From Kiritimatiellia bacterium (GTDB taxonomy: Bacteria > Verrucomicrobiota > Kiritimatiellia > RFP12 > UBA1067), in contig JBMNFY010000017.1 in NCBI GenBank assembly GCA_050949565.1, forward strand, positions 1,431,299-1,495,298: a DNA stretch of 64,000 nt, read 5' to 3'. A program made the translations under genes and the position numbers. Every line of letters begins with the position of its first letter. Within the stretch, counting starts at the first letter, position 1. This document shows, piece by piece, positions 1 through 10,874 of the stretch. Under the pieces are notes generated by a model that did not search any database, was not told the origin of the DNA, and saw only the letters and a list, made by a program, of their open reading frames with translations.

Positions 1-1
1 C

Positions 2-490
2 GATAAGCAGATCGCTGGTTTTCTGGCGAAGCCTTGCGATCCGTCGGACCTGTTGATGGAGGTCAACCGTATCCTGTTCGAGACCGCCGGTGCCGGACAC
101 GTCGCGGCAAGCGCGCCTGCGTTGCGTCGCTTGGTGGTCGCGGAACATGACGCTGTCCTGCGGCAGAAGCTGGAGGTCGAGTTCATACAGGCGGGCTTTG
201 ACGTGAAGGCGGTCGCTACGGGACCGGAGGCGGTCGAGGCGTGCGTCACCTTGCAGCCGCATGCCATCGTGATGCGTCTGGAACTCGCGGAGATGAGCGC
301 GGATGAGGTCGTCGCCATGCTGCGACGTCTCCCGACCACGCGCGAAACGCCAGCGATCGTCTACGGCATGGACCTGCCGGAAGCGCAGCTTGATCATGTG
401 GCCAATCTCGATGTCCCGCAGACCTGCATGCTGAAGGACCTGACGGTCAACTCCATTATTGATCGGACAATGGCCGTGACGGGCGCGTGA
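2..490 (+). CDS. Response-regulator-like protein with tandem receiver (REC) domains; 5'-partial. The second REC has Arg at the phospho-acceptor position, so it is a pseudo-receiver
   Basis: Frame open from nt 2. 'FLAKPCDPSDLL' at the start is the C-terminal end of a CheY-like REC domain. ORF 53..490 is a second CheY-like fold, but 'IVMRLEL' replaces the conserved Asp. Confidence 0.55.
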   Translation, partial: DKQIAGFLAKPCDPSDLLMEVNRILFETAGAGHVAASAPALRRLVVAEHDAVLRQKLEVEFIQAGFDVKAVATGPEAVEACVTLQPHAIVMRLELAEMSADEVVAMLRRLPTTRETPAIVYGMDLPEAQLDHVANLDVPQTCMLKDLTVNSIIDRTMAVTGA

Positions 491-546
491 CAAACGTCAT
501 TTAGGATTTGTGATTTAGGATTTAGGATTTAGGATTTGGCGCTTGG

Positions 547-1711
547 AACCACGGAGACACAGAGACACAGAGGTTTTTTGGGAGGCTCTGCTCCAACCGC
601 AGGTCGCGGGTCGAATGTCGCGGGTCAACCTCTCTTATTGCGACCACAAAGTGGCTCGCAATCTTGAGAGTAAAAGCGCTGCTCGGGTTTGTTTAACCAC
701 AGAGAACACAGAGAGCACAGAGGGTTTTGGAGGGCATGGATGCGTTTTTTTAACGCAGAGACGCAGAGGCGCGGAGGTTTTTTGGAGGGAGCGCTGCTCG
801 GGTTTGTTTAACCACAGAGAACACAGAGAGCACAGAGGGTTTTTGAGGGCAGGGATGCGTTTTTTTAACGCAGAGACGCAGAGGCGCGGAGGTTTTTTGG
901 AGGGAGCGCTGCTCGGGTTTGTTTAACCACAGAGAACACAGAGAGCACAGAGGGTTTTGGAGGGCAGGGATGCGTTTTTTTAACGCAGAGACGCAGAGGC
1001 GCGGAGGTTTTTTGGAGGGAGCGCTGCTCGGGTTTGTTTAACCACAGAGAACACAGAGAGCACAGAGGGTTTTGGAGGGCATGGATGCGTTTTTTTAACG
1101 CAGAGACGCAGAGGCGCGGAGGTTTTTTGGAGGGAGCGCTGCTCGGGTTTGTTTAACCACAGAGAACACAGAGAGCACAGAGGGTTTTGGAGGGCATGGA
1201 TGCGTTTTTTTAACGCAGAGACGCAGAGGCGCGGAGGTTTTTTGGAGGGAGCGCTGCTCGGGTTTGTTTAACCACAGAGAACACAGAGAGCACAGAGGGT
1301 TTTGGAGGGCATGGATGCGTTTTTTTAACGCAGAGACGCAGAGGCGCAGAGGTTTTTTGGAGGGAACGCCTGCTCGGGTTTGTTTAACCACAGAGAACAC
1401 AGAGAGCACAGAGGGTTTTGGAGGGCATGGATGCGTTTTTTTAACGCAGAGACGCAGAGGCGCGGAGGTTTTTTGGAGGGAACGCCTGCTCGGGTTTGTT
1501 TAACCACAGAGAACACAGAGAGCACAGAGGGTTTTGGAGGGCATGGATGCGTTTTTTTAACGCAGAGACGCAGAGGCGCGGAGGTTTTTTGGAGGGAGCG
1601 CTGCTCGGGTTTGTTTAACCACAGAGAACACAGAGAGCACAGAGGGTTTTGGAGGGCATGGATGCGTTTTTTTAACGCAGAGACGCAGAGGCGCAGAGGT
1701 TTTTTGGAGGG
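547..1711. repeat. Tandem satellite array 1: ~10 copies of a 115/116-bp unit. Each unit is two related ~57-bp modules, 'AACCACAGAGAACACAGAGAGCACAGAGGGTTTTGGAGGG' and 'AACGCAGAGACGCAGAGGCGCGGAGGTTTTTTGGAGGG'
   Basis: Direct inspection. The motif GCTGCTCGGG recurs at 678, 793, 908, 1023, 1138, 1253, 1369, 1485 and 1600. There are a few SNPs (gcgcGgagg/gcgcAgagg; gAgcgctgc/aAcgcctgc). The first copy is degenerate. Confidence 0.9.
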
Positions 1712-1756
1712 AGCTGCCCTGTGGGCTCTGCCGGGACTGCGGGATCTGCGAGTGGT

Positions 1757-1774
1757 GGCGGCGTGACCGCCGCC
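1757..1774. repeat. GC hairpin GGCGGCG-tgac-CGCCGCC, a member of a dispersed hairpin family
   Basis: Perfect 7-bp stem. Related copies are at 4844-4861, 9401-9418 and 16706-16723. Confidence 0.5.
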
Positions 1775-1859
1775 GGGCTGTGCGCTGGCGACTAAGTGTG
1801 AGAAACTAAGTGTGAGAAACTCCCAACTCCTAAATCCTAAATCCTAACTGTAAACTCCC

Positions 1860-2306
1860 ATGCGTTGTCCCAAATGTGGCCATTTAGATGATAAGGTGCT
1901 GGACAGCCGCGCGGCGCGTGAAGGCGCGTCGATCCGTCGGCGGCGGCAGTGTCTTGCTTGTGAGCATCGCTTCACGACTTACGAAGAGATCGTGAAGGAC
2001 GAGCTGCGCGTGGTCAAACACGATGGCCGGCGCGAAGAGTTCAGCCGGGAGAAACTTGTGCGCGGCCTGATGCGCGCCTGCGAAAAGCGTCCGATCAGCG
2101 CGGATCAAATACGTGATTTGGTCGATCAGGTCGTCGAAAGCTTCGAAGGCGAGAGCGAAGTGACGACGGAAAAAATCGGACAGGCGGTGATGGCGCGGCT
2201 GCACCGGCTTGATGATGTGGCCTATATCCGCTTTGCTTCGGTCTACCGCCGCTTCGCTGATGTCAACCAGTTCTTGCAAGCGGTCAAGGATATGGTGGAG
2301 AAGTAA
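1860..2306 (+). CDS. nrdR: Transcriptional repressor NrdR (zinc ribbon plus ATP-cone)
   Basis: The 148-aa ORF begins MRCPKCG...CLACEHRFTTYE, followed by an ATP-cone; the length is typical. Confidence 0.9.
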   Translation: MRCPKCGHLDDKVLDSRAAREGASIRRRRQCLACEHRFTTYEEIVKDELRVVKHDGRREEFSREKLVRGLMRACEKRPISADQIRDLVDQVVESFEGESEVTTEKIGQAVMARLHRLDDVAYIRFASVYRRFADVNQFLQAVKDMVEK

Positions 2307-3283
2307 ATTTGGGATTTAGGATTTGGAACCATGAAACACATGAAACTTCATGAAAATCAGAGGCTGCCCCTTGCCGCACAGAGCGCGACCCGCGCTATGT
2401 GTGGAGTTAGAAATTTAGGATTTAGGATTTGGAACCATGAAACACATGAAACTTCATGAAAATCAGAGGCTGCCCCTTGCCGCACAGAGCGCGACCCGCG
2501 CTATGTGTGGAGTTAGAAATTTAGGATTTAGGATTTGGAACCATGAAACACATGAAACTTCATGAAAATCAGAGGCTGCCCCTTGCCGCACAGAGCGCGA
2601 CCCGCGCTATGTGTGGAGTTAGAAATTTAGGATTTAGGATTTGGAACCATGAAACACATGAAACTTCATGAAAATCAGAGGCTGCCCCTTGCCGCACAGA
2701 GCGCGACCCGCGCTATGTGTGGAGTTAGAAATTTAGGATTTAGGATTTGGAACCATGAAACACATGAAACTTCATGAAAATCAGAGGCTGCCCCTTGCCG
2801 CACAGAGCGCGACCCGCGCTATGTGTGGAGTTAGAAATTTAGGATTTAGGATTTGGAACCATGAAACACATGAAACTTCATGAAAATCAGAGGCTGCCCC
2901 TTGCCGCACAGAGCGCGACCCGCGCTATGTGTGGAGTTAGAAATTTAGGATTTAGGATTTGGAACCATGAAACACATGAAACTTCATGAAAAGCAGAGGC
3001 TGCCCCTTGCCGCACAGAGCGCGACCCGCGCTATGTGTGGAGTTAGAAATTTAGGATTTAGGATTTGGAACCATGAAACACATGAAACTTCATGAAAATC
3101 AGAGGCTGCCCCTTGCCGCACAGAGCGCGACCCGCGCTATGTGTGGAGTTAGAAATTTAGGATTTAGGATTTGGAACCATGAAACACATGAAACTTCATG
3201 AAAAGCAGAGGCTGCCCCTTGCCGCACAGAGCGCGACCCGCGCTATGTGTGGAGTTAGAAATTTAGGATTTAGGATTTAGGAT
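2307..3283. repeat. Tandem satellite array 2: ~9 copies of a 106-bp unit. Each unit has an 11-bp-stem hairpin (CACAGAGCGCG-accc-CGCGCTATGTG) and ends in AAATTTAGGATTTAGGATTT
   Basis: ATTTGGAACC recurs at 2321, 2427, 2533, 2639, 2745, 2851, 2957, 3063 and 3169. Variation is aaaaTcag/aaaaGcag. No ORF of 60 aa or more in any frame. Confidence 0.9.
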
Positions 3284-3643
3284 TTGTACAAGTTGACTGT
3301 CTATATTCCGGAGTCGCATCTTGAGGTTGTGAAGGATGCGCTGTTTGCTGCGGGGGCCGGACGTTACGCCGCCTATGACCGTTGCTGCTGGCAGGTGCTG
3401 GGCCAGGGGCAGTTCCGTCCGCTCGCTGGCAGTGATCCGTTCATCGGGACACAGGACCAAGAGGAGCGTCTGCCCGAGTACCGTGTCGAGATGATCTGCG
3501 CCGATGATGTGGTCGCTGCGGTAACGGATGCGCTGCGCGCCGCGCATCCCTATGAGGAGCCGGCGTTTGATTTTGTGCGCTGCTCGGGTGTCGGCTCTGC
3601 CGGGACTGCCGGTGATGCGACGCATGCGCCGACGCACTCCTAA
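3284..3643 (+). CDS. Small conserved protein with a PII/CutA/Nif3-C-terminal-like fold (COG3323-type); function unknown
   Basis: TTG start. The 'MYKLTVYIPESHLEVVKDALFAAGAG...GQFRPL...HPYEEPAFD' pattern matches a widespread family of ~100-aa proteins. The family name is recalled, not computed. Confidence 0.5.
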   Translation: MYKLTVYIPESHLEVVKDALFAAGAGRYAAYDRCCWQVLGQGQFRPLAGSDPFIGTQDQEERLPEYRVEMICADDVVAAVTDALRAAHPYEEPAFDFVRCSGVGSAGTAGDATHAPTHS

Positions 3644-3785
3644 ATCCTTGTCTATAAATTGACAGGATTACATGATTTACATGATTTTCAGGATTGAATA
3701 ACATCATGTTAATCATGTAATCATGTCCTAAACTTACTCCATGGTTTTTTCGTGGCGAAGCCACGCGGCAGGCTAACTCCTAAAT
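3637..3785. mobile_element. 149-bp AT-rich MITE-like or sRNA-like element, copy A. It is bounded by 9-bp direct repeats CTCCTAAAT
   Basis: 100% identical to 43552-43700. It contains a -35-like TTGACA, direct repeats TACATGAT x2 and ATCATGT x2, the palindrome AACATCATGTT and a CGTGGC-gaag-GCCACG hairpin. The TAA stop of the 3284..3643 gene and the TAG stop of the 3780..4697 gene both lie in the terminal repeats. Confidence 0.7.
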
Positions 3786-4697
3786 GCAAACTTCTTCCGC
3801 GCCGGGCGCGGAAGGCACGATCACCGAGAGTGCTTTGGGGCGTACGTTGATCGTTACGGGAGTGGTGCCGATGATGTCGCCGTCGGCCTGTACGACGATC
3901 GGGGTTTCGCAGTCGATGGAAACACTGCGGCTGGCCGGCAGTTCGTGGATGATGCGGTTGACATGGCGCGGAAAGATGCTGCGCGGGAAGAGCTTGCGTA
4001 TGAAGTAGTACCACGGGTACTCAATCGCCACCTTCATGCAGATGATGCAGACATCCACCTGTCCATCGTCGGCTCGGACGTCCGGACAGTTGGGATGCAG
4101 CACGCGCACCAGCATACCGCAGTTTGAGATCAGCACGTCGGTCGCATCATAGGTGCGCGCTTCTTCGCCGTCGATGGAGATGGCCAGGTGTTGCGGCTTG
4201 GCCTGCAGCACTTTCCAGACGGCCGTCCCCACATACGCAGTGCGGCCGAACAGGCTCTTGCCCAGACGTGACGTGCGGTCGATGACCTCGGCATTGATCC
4301 CCACTCCGGCATTCAGCAGATAGGTGAAGCCGTTGATCAGCATGGCATCGATAGCGCGTAGCGCGTGCGGCCCTGCCGCAAGCGCCACGGCCGCACGGAT
4401 GTCGAGCGGGATGCCGAGTTCACGCGCGACCAGATTGCCGGTTCCCGCCGGCACGATGCCAAGCGGCACGTGTGTATCGGTCAAGGCGTGTGCCACGGAT
4501 GAGACCGTGCCATCTCCCCCGACCGCCACCACGCCGTCAAACCCTTCATGCAGGCGCGCGCTGACGACTTCGGGAATCGAAACGTCTGGCGTGACTGCAA
4601 AAATCTCACACTCTGACGAAAGGTCTTGCAGGGCCGTCTTCAGGACGGCGCGTGTCTCCTCGCCTATGGTCGGCGCTACTATGAACAGCAGCTTCAT
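3780..4697 (-). CDS. Lipid kinase of the diacylglycerol kinase catalytic-domain family (YegS/BmrU/DgkA-like)
   Basis: 305-aa ORF with a GGDGT motif and DAGK_cat architecture. Confidence 0.8.
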   Translation of the reverse strand: MKLLFIVAPTIGEETRAVLKTALQDLSSECEIFAVTPDVSIPEVVSARLHEGFDGVVAVGGDGTVSSVAHALTDTHVPLGIVPAGTGNLVARELGIPLDIRAAVALAAGPHALRAIDAMLINGFTYLLNAGVGINAEVIDRTSRLGKSLFGRTAYVGTAVWKVLQAKPQHLAISIDGEEARTYDATDVLISNCGMLVRVLHPNCPDVRADDGQVDVCIICMKVAIEYPWYYFIRKLFPRSIFPRHVNRIIHELPASRSVSIDCETPIVVQADGDIIGTTPVTINVRPKALSVIVPSAPGAEEVCI

Positions 4698-4722
4698 GCC
4701 GCTCAGATTAACAAAACGGTGA

Positions 4723-4806
4723 GCTAGTGGCTAGTGGCTAGTGGTTAGTGGTTAGTGGTTAGTGGTTAGTGGCTAGTGGCTAGTGGCTAGTGGTTAGTGG
4801 CTAGTG
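4723..4806. repeat. Heptanucleotide microsatellite (G[C/T]TAGTG) x12, 26 nt upstream of the lipid-kinase start codon
   Basis: Counted directly: three GCTAGTG, four GTTAGTG, three GCTAGTG, one GTTAGTG, one GCTAGTG. Confidence 0.9.
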
Positions 4807-4843
4807 GGGCGCGGCTACGGGACTGCGGGGTACTACCGGTGGT

Positions 4844-4861
4844 GGCGGCACATGTGCCGCC
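4844..4861. terminator. Perfect 18-nt palindrome GGCGGCACA|TGTGCCGCC just 3' of purB; putative intrinsic terminator without a U-tract
   Basis: Hairpin of the GGCGGC family with a conserved flank (CTACGGGACTGCGGG...GGTGGCGGC). Confidence 0.4.
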
Positions 4862-4902
4862 GGTCAAGCAGACGCTTGACCCTCCCGGTGCTTCGCAGGC
4901 CG

Positions 4903-7387
<2,485 letters not shown>

Positions 7388-7484
7388 CGTCAGCCCTTCG
7401 TTCGTTTTCCGATCATGCAAAAGGTTTCCGCCGCTGACGGAAACCCTCTGCAACGTTCGCGTGTCCGAGCGAACCGACGATGGC

Positions 7485-7664
7485 TTACGCCTCGATCGTC
7501 AGAACTTTGCGTCCTCTGTACATGCCGCAGGACTGGCACACGCGGTGCGTCTGCTGCGGGGCACCGCAACTCGGGCAACTCTGTGTCTGGGCGACGATCG
7601 CCTTGACCTGCCCACGGCGCTGACGCACCCGCATCTTCGACTTTTTCCTCTTTGGAACGGCCAT
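7485..7664 (-). CDS. rpmF: 50S ribosomal protein L32
   Basis: Hand translation gives MAVPKRKKSKMRVRQRRGQVKAIVAQTQSCPSCGAPQQTHRVCQSCGMYRGRKVLTIEA (59 aa). It is below the ORF-track cut-off. Confidence 0.85.
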   Translation of the reverse strand: MAVPKRKKSKMRVRQRRGQVKAIVAQTQSCPSCGAPQQTHRVCQSCGMYRGRKVLTIEA

Positions 7665-7675
7665 TTGTTCTCTCC

Positions 7676-8200
7676 TTACTTCTCTCTCGGTCGTGCGCGT
7701 TTCGAGCGCGACGCATCCAGATCTGTTTTCAACACGTCAAGCGCTGCCCACCGGTGATCTTTGCCCTCTTCGTGGCACCGGCACGCGGCATTGTTCAGGT
7801 TTGTCCCGCAAGTCATGCAGAGACCCCGGCACGATTCGCTACAAACCGGATAACCGGGAAGGGCAAGAATGATAGCTTCCCGGACCTCTTCGGTCAAGTC
7901 CACGAAGTCTGTTGTCGCATTTATTTCGTACGACTGGACAAATTCGGGTTCCACGACCTCCGTCACGAAGTTCTCCGCACAGCGCGAACAGACACACGTC
8001 AGCCGTTGGCGCACCTCGCCCCGCACCAGCAACTCGCTGCCGATCAGTTCCACCTTCAGCGCATAACACATGCCGCCTTCCGGCGTCACGAATTCGCTCT
8101 CGCCCAGATCCAGCAGGTTGTCCGCGGTCTCGCCACGGAACCATTCGCCGTCTTTCGCGAGGCGCGCGACATCAACGATCAAACGCCCCTGTGTCTCCAA
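7676..8200 (-). CDS. yceD: YceD/DUF177 protein (large-subunit rRNA accumulation protein) of the yceD-rpmF-plsX operon
   Basis: Operon context and Cys-rich C-terminus. The ORF to 8287 would overlap coaD by 116 nt, so a TTG at 8198-8200 is proposed as the start; this is uncertain. Confidence 0.6.
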   Translation of the reverse strand: METQGRLIVDVARLAKDGEWFRGETADNLLDLGESEFVTPEGGMCYALKVELIGSELLVRGEVRQRLTCVCSRCAENFVTEVVEPEFVQSYEINATTDFVDLTEEVREAIILALPGYPVCSESCRGLCMTCGTNLNNAACRCHEEGKDHRWAALDVLKTDLDASRSKRARPREK

Positions 8201-8723
8201 CTCCGCCTCCTGTCCGGATACACTGCTCCGGATGCTGGCGCATGTGCGCCTCGATATAGGTCTGAACCTGCGGCGGCACGAATGCACGGGTATCGCCGCC
8301 GTAACGCGCGATCTCGCGGATCATACTGGCCGTCACATAGCTGTAGCTCTCGTTCGGCATCATGAACAACGTCTCGACATCGGGTTCGAGCTTGCGGTTG
8401 GTCAGCGCCATCTGGAACTCATACTCAAAATCAGAATACACGCGCAGGCCGCGCACCACCACACCGATCCCACGGTTGCGACAGTAGTCAACCAATAAGC
8501 AGTCAAGCCGGTCAACCTCCACGTTTTTCATGCCGGCCGCCTCCGCGCTTTCGCGGATCATGGCCATGCGCTCTTGCAAGTCAAACATGCCGGTCGCTTT
8601 GAACGATACGCCGGCGACCACGACGATCACCTTGTCAAATAGCGACGCACTGCGCCGCAACAGATCAAAGTGACCCATCGTCAGCGGGTCGAACGTCCCG
8701 GGATATACCGCGATTTTTTCCAT
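8172..8723 (-). CDS. coaD: Phosphopantetheine adenylyltransferase
   Basis: MEKIAVYPGTFDPLTMGHFDLL... is canonical. Confidence 0.85.
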   Translation of the reverse strand: MEKIAVYPGTFDPLTMGHFDLLRRSASLFDKVIVVVAGVSFKATGMFDLQERMAMIRESAEAAGMKNVEVDRLDCLLVDYCRNRGIGVVVRGLRVYSDFEYEFQMALTNRKLEPDVETLFMMPNESYSYVTASMIREIARYGGDTRAFVPPQVQTYIEAHMRQHPEQCIRTGGGVGDTGAFDR

Positions 8724-8748
8724 ACGCTCCCTCTCTGTTACACGCCGG

Positions 8749-9318
8749 TCATCCGGCGCTTTCCGTACCGTTCATCCGGTAGATCACCAGCCGTGTGCGG
8801 CCGTAAGTCCGGTCGCGCCACAAAACCCAGCCCTCTACCTCTTCAGGCTGCCGCCTCACCGGCATTTCAGCGGCGAACAGCCCGTCCGCGCCCAACACCT
8901 GGTTTTCGCGGATCAGCCGCATCACCCCGGCGAAGCCCTGATCGAGCCCGGCCACATACGGCGGATCGGCGAAAGCGATGGTGGCCTGCCGTCCGCGCCC
9001 GGCACCTTTCAGCCAGCGCGACACGTCACTGCAGACCACCTCGCCCTCGCCCGGCATCAGCGCCGCGACGTTGGCCTTCAGCACGGCCACATTGCGCGGA
9101 TCCTGCTCGACCCACGTCACGTGACGCGCGCCGCGACTGTATGCCTCGATCCCTACCGCGCCCGAACCTGCGAACAGGTCAATGAACACGGCATCAGGGA
9201 TCACCGTCATCAGCATCGCGAAAAGCGCCTCGCGCACACGGTCCTGAGTCGGCCGCACCTTGTCGCCCGGCGGAACCTTCAACTTCCGGCCGCACATCTC
9301 GCCGCCTGAAATTCGCAT
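8749..9318 (-). CDS. rsmD: 16S rRNA (guanine966-N2)-methyltransferase RsmD
   Basis: 'DLFAGSGAVGIEAYSRGA' and 'FADPPY' motifs. The start is at the internal ATG MRISGG. Confidence 0.8.
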   Translation of the reverse strand: MRISGGEMCGRKLKVPPGDKVRPTQDRVREALFAMLMTVIPDAVFIDLFAGSGAVGIEAYSRGARHVTWVEQDPRNVAVLKANVAALMPGEGEVVCSDVSRWLKGAGRGRQATIAFADPPYVAGLDQGFAGVMRLIRENQVLGADGLFAAEMPVRRQPEEVEGWVLWRDRTYGRTRLVIYRMNGTESAG

Positions 9319-9400
9319 AGGGGGATAAGTATAGGGGATCGGGGCGCCTCGGCGCAACCCTCCAAGCGCGCGAGCACGCGGCGCTACCGGTGGCGGTGGT

Positions 9401-9418
9401 GGCGGCGTGAACGCCGCC
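9401..9418. terminator. GGCGGCG-tgaa-CGCCGCC hairpin 3' of the MFS gene
   Basis: Same hairpin family, with flank CCCACAGAACTGGA as at 16724. Confidence 0.4.
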
Positions 9419-9495
9419 CACAGAACTGGAGGGTGCGGCTACGGGCGCTGCCAGGGCTGCCGGTGGCGGCTCGCGGGGACGCTCGCCCTCCAGTG

Positions 9496-10755
9496 CTAAG
9501 TCCCGATCATGCGCCAGGCCTCCGCGCCACGCGCAGGGCGCTTCCCAGGCAGGAGGGCAATGAGGACAGCGCCGGTGAGGGCGAGGACGATCAGGACGGA
9601 GAAGCCGAGTGCATAGCTCTTCGTGGCTTCGTTGTACAACGCGCCGACCAGCATCGGGAAGGCTGATTCGGCCACGCCGTCTGCCACCAGGATGATCCCC
9701 ATGACACGGCCTAATGCGCGTACGCCGAAGAGGTCACCGGCCATCAGCGGGATGATCATGTAGTCGCCGCCCAAGCCGATGCCGAAGATCAGCGCGAAGA
9801 GGTAGATGCGTCCCGGGAAGGCCGGCATGAGCAACAGCGGGATGGCGCACGCCACGAGCATGTAAATCAGTATCATCACGCGTTTGCGGCTGAAACGGTC
9901 GGCCAGCCAGCCCATCAGCACGCGGCCGACAAGGCTCGACAGCAGGACGAGGGAGAGGATGCGTGCCGCGCCTTCTTGGGTAAAGGCTTGGTCGCGCAGA
10001 TAGAGCTTCAGGTGCTGCATCACGCCGCCGACCGCGCCGATCGAGCACATGCTGCCGAATGCCAGCAGATAAAAAGCGGGTGAACGCAGGATCGCGCCGA
10101 TCTCTCCCTTGGGGGCGGCCGGTGGCGGCGCGGGGGCGGCCGGTGGCGGCGCGGCATCGGGGCTCTTAAGGATGAGCGGCAGGGGAAGCGCCAGCAGGAC
10201 GATCAGTCCGCCCAGCGTGAGCAACGCGTAGTGCCAGCCCATGACGTGTTGCAGGCGCGCGGCCAACAACGGCACCAGCGCGCCGCCCGCGCCGATACCG
10301 AGATAGGCGATGCCCATGGCTTTGCCACGGTTTTTTTCAAAGCGCCGCGCGATCAGCACTTGGCAGGGCAGCGGCCCGCCGCAGACGTACGCCAGCGCAT
10401 TGAGGATATAGAAGAGGTAGAAGAGCGGCAGGGTGTCGGCCCTGCTCAGCCCTGCCAGCGCGAGACCGCCCATCAACGCGCCTGCCGCCATCATGCGCTG
10501 CGGCCCGAAGCGGTCGACCATCCATCCGGCGATAAAGCCGAACAGCGGGCCGACCAGCAGTTTGCCCAGCGCGTTACCGCTGGTCACGATGGCGCGTGAC
10601 CAGCCGTATTCCCGGACCATGAAGTCATAGAAAAACGGTAGCCCGTACAGGGCGAACCCCACGAGTGCGAAGAGCGCCAGAAAAGCTGCTACTACAGTGA
10701 GTGCCTTCGAAGAGCGCCAGTTGGCGGTCGTGCGCGAGGGTGTGTTTGTCGTCAT
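9496..10755 (-). CDS. MFS transporter
   Basis: 419 aa, about 12 predicted TM helices, with a central proline/alanine-rich loop. Confidence 0.8.
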   Translation of the reverse strand: MTTNTPSRTTANWRSSKALTVVAAFLALFALVGFALYGLPFFYDFMVREYGWSRAIVTSGNALGKLLVGPLFGFIAGWMVDRFGPQRMMAAGALMGGLALAGLSRADTLPLFYLFYILNALAYVCGGPLPCQVLIARRFEKNRGKAMGIAYLGIGAGGALVPLLAARLQHVMGWHYALLTLGGLIVLLALPLPLILKSPDAAPPPAAPAPPPAAPKGEIGAILRSPAFYLLAFGSMCSIGAVGGVMQHLKLYLRDQAFTQEGAARILSLVLLSSLVGRVLMGWLADRFSRKRVMILIYMLVACAIPLLLMPAFPGRIYLFALIFGIGLGGDYMIIPLMAGDLFGVRALGRVMGIILVADGVAESAFPMLVGALYNEATKSYALGFSVLIVLALTGAVLIALLPGKRPARGAEAWRMIGT

Positions 10756-10874
10756 GGCTTCAAGGTCCGGGGGCTAAATGGTTAACAGTGGGAGCACTTG
10801 CAAAACCCTCGGATCACGGGCAAGATGCCCGTGCCACATCTGCAGGCCAAGAGTTTTGCAAGGAGCTCATCGAA

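Noticed and set aside
497-537. (TTTAGGA)n tract as a telomere-like repeat
   Set aside because: It is a short microsatellite of 5-6 units that recurs as part of the AGGATTTAGG boundary motif. There is no evidence of a linear replicon end.
543-1766. ORF-track ORFs inside array 1 (543..926, 1264..1503, 1380..1766, 1095..1409, 1325..1525) as a repetitive protein
   Set aside because: They are translations of the tandem DNA repeat in several frames on both strands. There is no start context and no complexity consistent with a protein.
547-3283. The two long repeat arrays as CRISPR arrays
   Set aside because: Units are contiguous 115/106-bp near-identical repeats with no unique spacers, and there are no cas genes. 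They are satellite tandem repeats.
2307-3283. NrdR-box operators inside the arrays flanking nrdR
   Set aside because: No 16-bp palindrome of the ACACwAtATaTwGTGT type was found in either repeat unit by eye.
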